Below are positions 60,330 through 64,000 of a DNA stretch of 64,000 bases, in pieces. The DNA is from Acidobacteriota bacterium (lineage in GTDB: Bacteria > Acidobacteriota > Vicinamibacteria > Fen-336 > JAGNNV01). The first letter of the stretch is position 1. Each line of letters begins with the position of its first letter. Both the position numbers and the translations under genes were made by a program. The notes under the pieces were generated by a model that saw only the letters and a program-made list of their open reading frames with translations, was not told the DNA's origin and did no database searches. The DNA lies in assembly GCA_032127745.1 (NCBI GenBank), contig JAQBHL010000225.1, positions 655 through 64,654 of the forward strand, given 5' to 3'.

Positions 60330-60614
60330 GTGGGGGGCACCACCGTCTGAGCGAAGGGGTCGGCGCGTCGCATGACCATGTGACTGCCGTGCGGGAATTC
60401 CTCAAGGTAGAGCTGCGCGGCTTCGCGCCGATTGACCAGCGCTTCTTCGATGGTCTCGCCCTGAGTTTGTTGTGCCCGTCTCCGGGTTCAGAGCAACGAA
60501 CCCGCCCTCGAGCGCGGGAGTGAGTACAGCGGATAATTCCATAAGGTCAAATCCTTCCAGGCCAGCGCACCCTGGCTGCCGATTCGATCTTCGAATTGAA
60601 CATTCGGACCGCCC

Positions 60615-62300
60615 TCACACCACCCGCAGGATCACGAAGGTCACATCGTCGTTGGCCAGGAAGTCTCCGGCCCACTCCCGCAGCGTCGTCTCCACCGTCT
60701 CCCCCAGCTCCTTCGGGGCCTTGGTCCCGTGGGTGGTGATGAGGTCCATGAGCCGGCCGGTGCCGAATTCCTGATCGCCGTTCCAGGCCTCGGTGACCCC
60801 GTCCGAGTGGAAGACGAATACGTCCCCGGGCTCGAGAGAAAGGGTGAGTTCGTCGTACTTGACGTCGTCGAAGAGCCCCAGCGGAATGCCGGGAAGGACG
60901 ATTTGCGACGCCTTCCCCGTCGAAGCCTTGAAGTGGATGACGTAAGGCAGCCCTGAGCTTGCGATACGCACTTCGTTCTTCTCGAAATCGAAGTGCGCGT
61001 AGGTCAGTGCGCAATAGAGCCCGCCTCCGGCCCGGCGGATGAGCGTGCGGTTGGCCCGGTACAAAACCGTGCTGGGCGCCGAGCTCTGAAACGCGCGCCC
61101 GCGGATCGTGCCTGATGTGAAGGCCCCCAGCAGGGCCGCGGGAATACCCTTGCCCGCCACATCGCCCACGCACACACCCAGGTGGTTTTCATCCACATGG
61201 TAGAAGTCGAACAGGTCGCCGGCGAGTTCCCGGGCGGGGATGAAGTGGGCCGATGCCTCCCACCTGTCGCCCTCGGGGGGCTCCTCCGGGAAGAGGCCCT
61301 CCTGGGTTCGCCGGGCGACGGCCAGCTCGTTCCGGTAGCGGGTCTCCCGTTTCGAGATCTCTTCGTACAGACTCGCGTTCTCGATGGCCACCGCCACCTG
61401 CGAGGCGAGCGGGGTCAGCACCTTGATGTGTTCCTGGGTGAACCGGTTCAACTCTCTTGACTCGAGGTCGAACACCCCGACCACTCGGCCTTTGTTGACC
61501 AGCGGCATGACCAGTTCCGATCGCACTTCCGGTTCGATCGAGATATACCGCGGGTCTTCGCGCACGTCTCCCACGATCACCGGCTCCTTCGAGCTGGCGG
61601 CCGCGCCGGTCAAACCCTCGCCCAGGGCGATCCGGCGTCTGGGCGCGATGGCCGCCATCTGCCGGGCCGTCTTCAGTACCAGTTCGTTGGCCTTTTCGTC
61701 GACCAGGAAAATGGCGAACATCTCGTAGTCCACCACCCGGTGAACCACCTCGGCGACGTGGTCGCACAAAGCGTCCAGGTTCAGAATCGAACCCATCTCC
61801 TTGCCCGCTTCGTGGAGCATGGCCAGCAGGCCGGAATACCAGCGGGCCTCGCGGTAGAGATTGGCGTTCTCGATGGCGGTGGCCAGGTTCCCGGCGATCA
61901 TCTGCACCAGCGAGACCCCGCGTTTGCCGAAGGTCCGGCTCTGGTTGGCTTCCAGACCCAGCACGCCCACCAGTTTGTCGCCATACATCAGGGGCTGGGT
62001 CAGAACGTGAATGGAGTCGTGGGCTCGGACCAGCGCCTCCCGCTTTTGGGTGGTCTCTCTCAGCTGGGCGCCGCCGGTGGCGGGGTCGGACAGGGTCTTG
62101 GGATCGCCCTCCCCGAAGGCGACCCGGAAGCCTCCCTCTTCGGCGGCGTAGAGGAGGAGGGCTTCGTACTTCACCAGGCTGCGAAGCTGCTTGGCGATGG
62201 TTGGAAAGAGCGCCTCGGGGTCGAGCACGGAGTCGATCCGGGCCACCGCAGGAAGTATCTGCGCGACTTCGGACTCGGTGAGTTCGTCTTTCTCGGTCAT
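60615..62300 (-). CDS. GAF-GAF-PP2C protein serine/threonine phosphatase
   Basis: The start is at MTEKDELTES. Two GAF-like regions (...LGLEANQSRTF..., ...VGVFDLESRELNRF...) are followed by the PP2C motif ...GDVAGKGIPAALL.... Confidence 0.75.
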   Translation of the reverse strand: MTEKDELTESEVAQILPAVARIDSVLDPEALFPTIAKQLRSLVKYEALLLYAAEEGGFRVAFGEGDPKTLSDPATGGAQLRETTQKREALVRAHDSIHVLTQPLMYGDKLVGVLGLEANQSRTFGKRGVSLVQMIAGNLATAIENANLYREARWYSGLLAMLHEAGKEMGSILNLDALCDHVAEVVHRVVDYEMFAIFLVDEKANELVLKTARQMAAIAPRRRIALGEGLTGAAASSKEPVIVGDVREDPRYISIEPEVRSELVMPLVNKGRVVGVFDLESRELNRFTQEHIKVLTPLASQVAVAIENASLYEEISKRETRYRNELAVARRTQEGLFPEEPPEGDRWEASAHFIPARELAGDLFDFYHVDENHLGVCVGDVAGKGIPAALLGAFTSGTIRGRAFQSSAPSTVLYRANRTLIRRAGGGLYCALTYAHFDFEKNEVRIASSGLPYVIHFKASTGKASQIVLPGIPLGLFDDVKYDELTLSLEPGDVFVFHSDGVTEAWNGDQEFGTGRLMDLITTHGTKAPKELGETVETTLREWAGDFLANDDVTFVILRVV

Positions 62301-62357
62301 GGTGGTGAGGTAGCCCGCGATGCTACCGCGACGGGGTCGAATAGACTTCAGTCGTTC

Positions 62358-62822
62358 ATGTGCACGCCGACTCTGCCCATCGAGATCGAGGGGATCAAGA
62401 AGATCCTTCCCCACCGCCATCCCTTCCTTTTTGTCGACCGGATCATCGCCCTGGAGCCGGACAAGCGGATTGTGGGGATCAAGAACGTCACCTCCGACGA
62501 ACGATATTTCATCGCCGGGCCGGGGGGCATTCCGGTTCTACCCGCGTCCATCCTCACCGAGGCCCTGGCCCAGGTGGGAGCCGTGCTCGTCCTGTTGAAG
62601 GCGGAGAACCGTTCGCGCCTCCTCTACTTCATGGGGATTGATCGTGTGCGCTATCGGCGGCCGGTCCGGGCCGGCGACACGCTGGAGCTCGAAGCCATCG
62701 TCCTGCGGCTGCGGGCGAGGATGGGGTCGTTTCGCGGGGTGGCGCGGGTGGGTGGAGTGGTGGTGTGCGAGGGACAGATGACCTTTGCGTTGGGAGACGC
62801 TGCTCCTGAGCCGCAGCCCTAG
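62358..62822 (+). CDS. FabZ-like hotdog-fold protein; catalytic His apparently absent
   Basis: The N-terminal FabZ motif ILPHRHPFLFVDRI is present. The expected FxGHFPG region reads FIAGPGGIP, while the Glu of ...ILTEALAQ is retained. Confidence 0.6.
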   Translation: MCTPTLPIEIEGIKKILPHRHPFLFVDRIIALEPDKRIVGIKNVTSDERYFIAGPGGIPVLPASILTEALAQVGAVLVLLKAENRSRLLYFMGIDRVRYRRPVRAGDTLELEAIVLRLRARMGSFRGVARVGGVVVCEGQMTFALGDAAPEPQP

Positions 62823-63564
62823 CGGGGCCCCTCGTCGAGCCATCAGCCTTCCTCGCGCTCTCTCGAAGCTCGGACTGTGCTCGCGGACCCAGGCCTTCGA
62901 CTGCATCGCCCTTGGCCGGGTCGAGGTCAATGGGCGGATCTCCAAGGATCCGACCTTGCGGGTTTCTCTTGAAGCGGATCGCATCTCCGTTGATGGGGCG
63001 CTGGCCACTGAGGCGCGCGAACCGGTCGTGATCGCCCTTCATAAGCCGGTCGGCTACGTCACGACGCGGACCGACCCTCAGGGACGAAAGACGGTGTACG
63101 ACCTTCTGCCCCGGCTCGATCGCTTTGTCTTCCCCGTCGGCCGGCTGGACAAGGAAACCTCGGGCCTGCTGATCCTGACCGACGATCACCGCCTCGGTGA
63201 GGCCTTGACCAATCCCGACCGCCACGTGCCCAAGACCTACGAGGTCACCGTGGATCGCCTGCCCGATGAGCCAGGGCTTGCCGCTCTGCGCGGCGGCCTG
63301 GACATAGGGAAGGGCGAAACCACGAGGCCCGCGGGGGTTGTCGTGCTTGAGCCGTCTTTCGAGGCGCCCCGGCTGCGGATCAGGATCGACGAGGGGAAGA
63401 ACCGGCAGATCCGGCGGATGCTCGCAGCCGTCGGCCTCTCGGTGCGAGCCCTGTCCAGAGTCGCCATAGGCGGATTCGCCCTGGGGCCGCTGGCGCCCGG
63501 GGAGCACACGATCCTCTCAGCCCAGGAGAGACGCCGGCTCCAGAACTCCCCAAGCGACCACTAG
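62785..63564 (+). CDS. Pseudouridine synthase (RsuA/RluB family) with S4 domain
   Basis: An S4 domain ISLPRALSKLGLCSR is followed by the catalytic Asp in GRLDKETSGLLILTDD and ...GKNRQIRRM. Confidence 0.8.
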   Translation: MRWETLLLSRSPSGAPRRAISLPRALSKLGLCSRTQAFDCIALGRVEVNGRISKDPTLRVSLEADRISVDGALATEAREPVVIALHKPVGYVTTRTDPQGRKTVYDLLPRLDRFVFPVGRLDKETSGLLILTDDHRLGEALTNPDRHVPKTYEVTVDRLPDEPGLAALRGGLDIGKGETTRPAGVVVLEPSFEAPRLRIRIDEGKNRQIRRMLAAVGLSVRALSRVAIGGFALGPLAPGEHTILSAQERRRLQNSPSDH

Positions 63565-63589
63565 AGCCCTCCTCAGCCCCCTCACCCCA

Positions 63590-63688
63590 GCCAACCACGC
63601 GCGGCAGAAGCGCCAGTGCCCCCAATTTCGAGAGAACGATCAGCGGCCCCGCATCGGCCACGATCAGGCGGGGATGCGTTTCGTCCAC
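63590..63688 (-). pseudogene. Decayed DUF3368/PIN-like toxin N-terminal remnant
   Basis: The N-terminus MDETHPRLIVADAGPLIVLSKLGALALLPRV matches the DUF3368 N-terminus. The reading frame then degenerates into Gly/Ser/Arg junk that overlaps the rsuA 3' end on the opposite strand. Confidence 0.4.
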
Positions 63689-63939
63689 GCGTCGAGAGTC
63701 GCAAGATCGTGCTCGATGTCCGGGCCGCTCACCTTCACGATGGGGATTCCCATATCGGTCAGCATATCCATCATGTCCGACAGGGATTTGCCGGCAATTC
63801 GGGCCGCATAGCCCAAGGACACGTTACCCTGCCCAAACAAGGCGACCGCCAGCGCAACCTTGACGCTCGCCATATCGGGCAGCTTCAGGCGGGTCAGGTC
63901 CACCAGCAGGGCCTGCGGTTGATCGCGATTCATGACCAC
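63664..63939 (-). CDS. UPF0175-family antitoxin-like protein
   Basis: The sequence ...VALAVALFGQGNVSLGYAARIAGKSLSDMMDMLTDMGIPI is UPF0175-like. The gene overlaps the start of the toxin remnant by 25 nt. Confidence 0.55.
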   Translation of the reverse strand: MVMNRDQPQALLVDLTRLKLPDMASVKVALAVALFGQGNVSLGYAARIAGKSLSDMMDMLTDMGIPIVKVSGPDIEHDLATLDAWTKRIPA

Positions 63940-64000
63940 GACCAGATCATCCTCGCGCGCACTGCGTAAGGCCTCGGACGGATCGCTCTTCAGTTCGCGG

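Overview
This is a high-GC (roughly two-thirds G+C) bacterial chromosomal segment. BamA and TamB homologues place it in a diderm (outer-membrane) organism. Shadow ORFs are abundant on the non-coding strand, so strand and frame were assigned by recognisable protein families and by start/stop coupling.

Contents in order:
- 132..2252 (-): a secreted TPR-repeat protein.
- 2740..18346 (+): a tightly packed, co-directional 15-gene glycan-modification operon. It holds a GNAT acyltransferase, a polysaccharide deacetylase, seven GT4 glycosyltransferases plus one divergent GT4-like enzyme, three SAM methyltransferases (one fused to a Cys-rich zinc ribbon), a GT-C-type membrane glycosyltransferase, a coiled-coil hypothetical protein and a GtrB-like GT2. 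Almost every junction has an overlapping stop/start. This operon is the most likely candidate for an undescribed system.
- 18364..25542 (-): a tamB-bamA-surA-like outer-membrane biogenesis operon.
- 25600..27633 (-): a biotin carboxylase gene followed by a BCCP-like gene.
- 27723..27900 (+): a probable lysine riboswitch.
- 28076..32925 (+): a complete asd-lysC-dapB-dapA-dapD lysine/DAP operon driven by that riboswitch.
- 32929..34890 (-): an APC-family permease.
- 35002..37678 (-): rlmA, an acyl-CoA carboxylase carboxyltransferase gene and a gene for an FmdB zinc-ribbon protein.
- 37954..41945 (-): an ECF sigma / anti-sigma / secreted-protein locus with an Fn3 lipoprotein that carries a Pro-Thr tandem repeat.
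- 42001..47873 (-): the conserved dprA-topA-trmFO-xerC block. topA is broken by a 1-nt homopolymer frameshift, and xerC has a compositionally foreign catalytic half.
- 47984..50146 (+): rel.
- 50232..50307 (-): a tRNA with anticodon CAU.
- 50342..51715 (-): a secreted Pro-rich protein.
- 51924..53497 (+): fur translationally coupled to an enolase-superfamily enzyme.
- 53575..55214 (+): an overlapping HNH endonuclease / DUF4388 gene pair.
- 55362..59600 (-): a tetR-fadD-acyl-CoA dehydrogenase operon.
- 59691..60329 (+): a deoxynucleoside kinase.
- 60615..62300 (-): a GAF-GAF-PP2C phosphatase.
- 62358..62822 (+): a FabZ-like protein lacking the catalytic His.
- 62785..63564 (+): a pseudouridine synthase.
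- 63590..63939 (-): an orphan UPF0175 antitoxin with a decayed PIN-toxin remnant.

No CRISPR array, transposase or prophage was seen.
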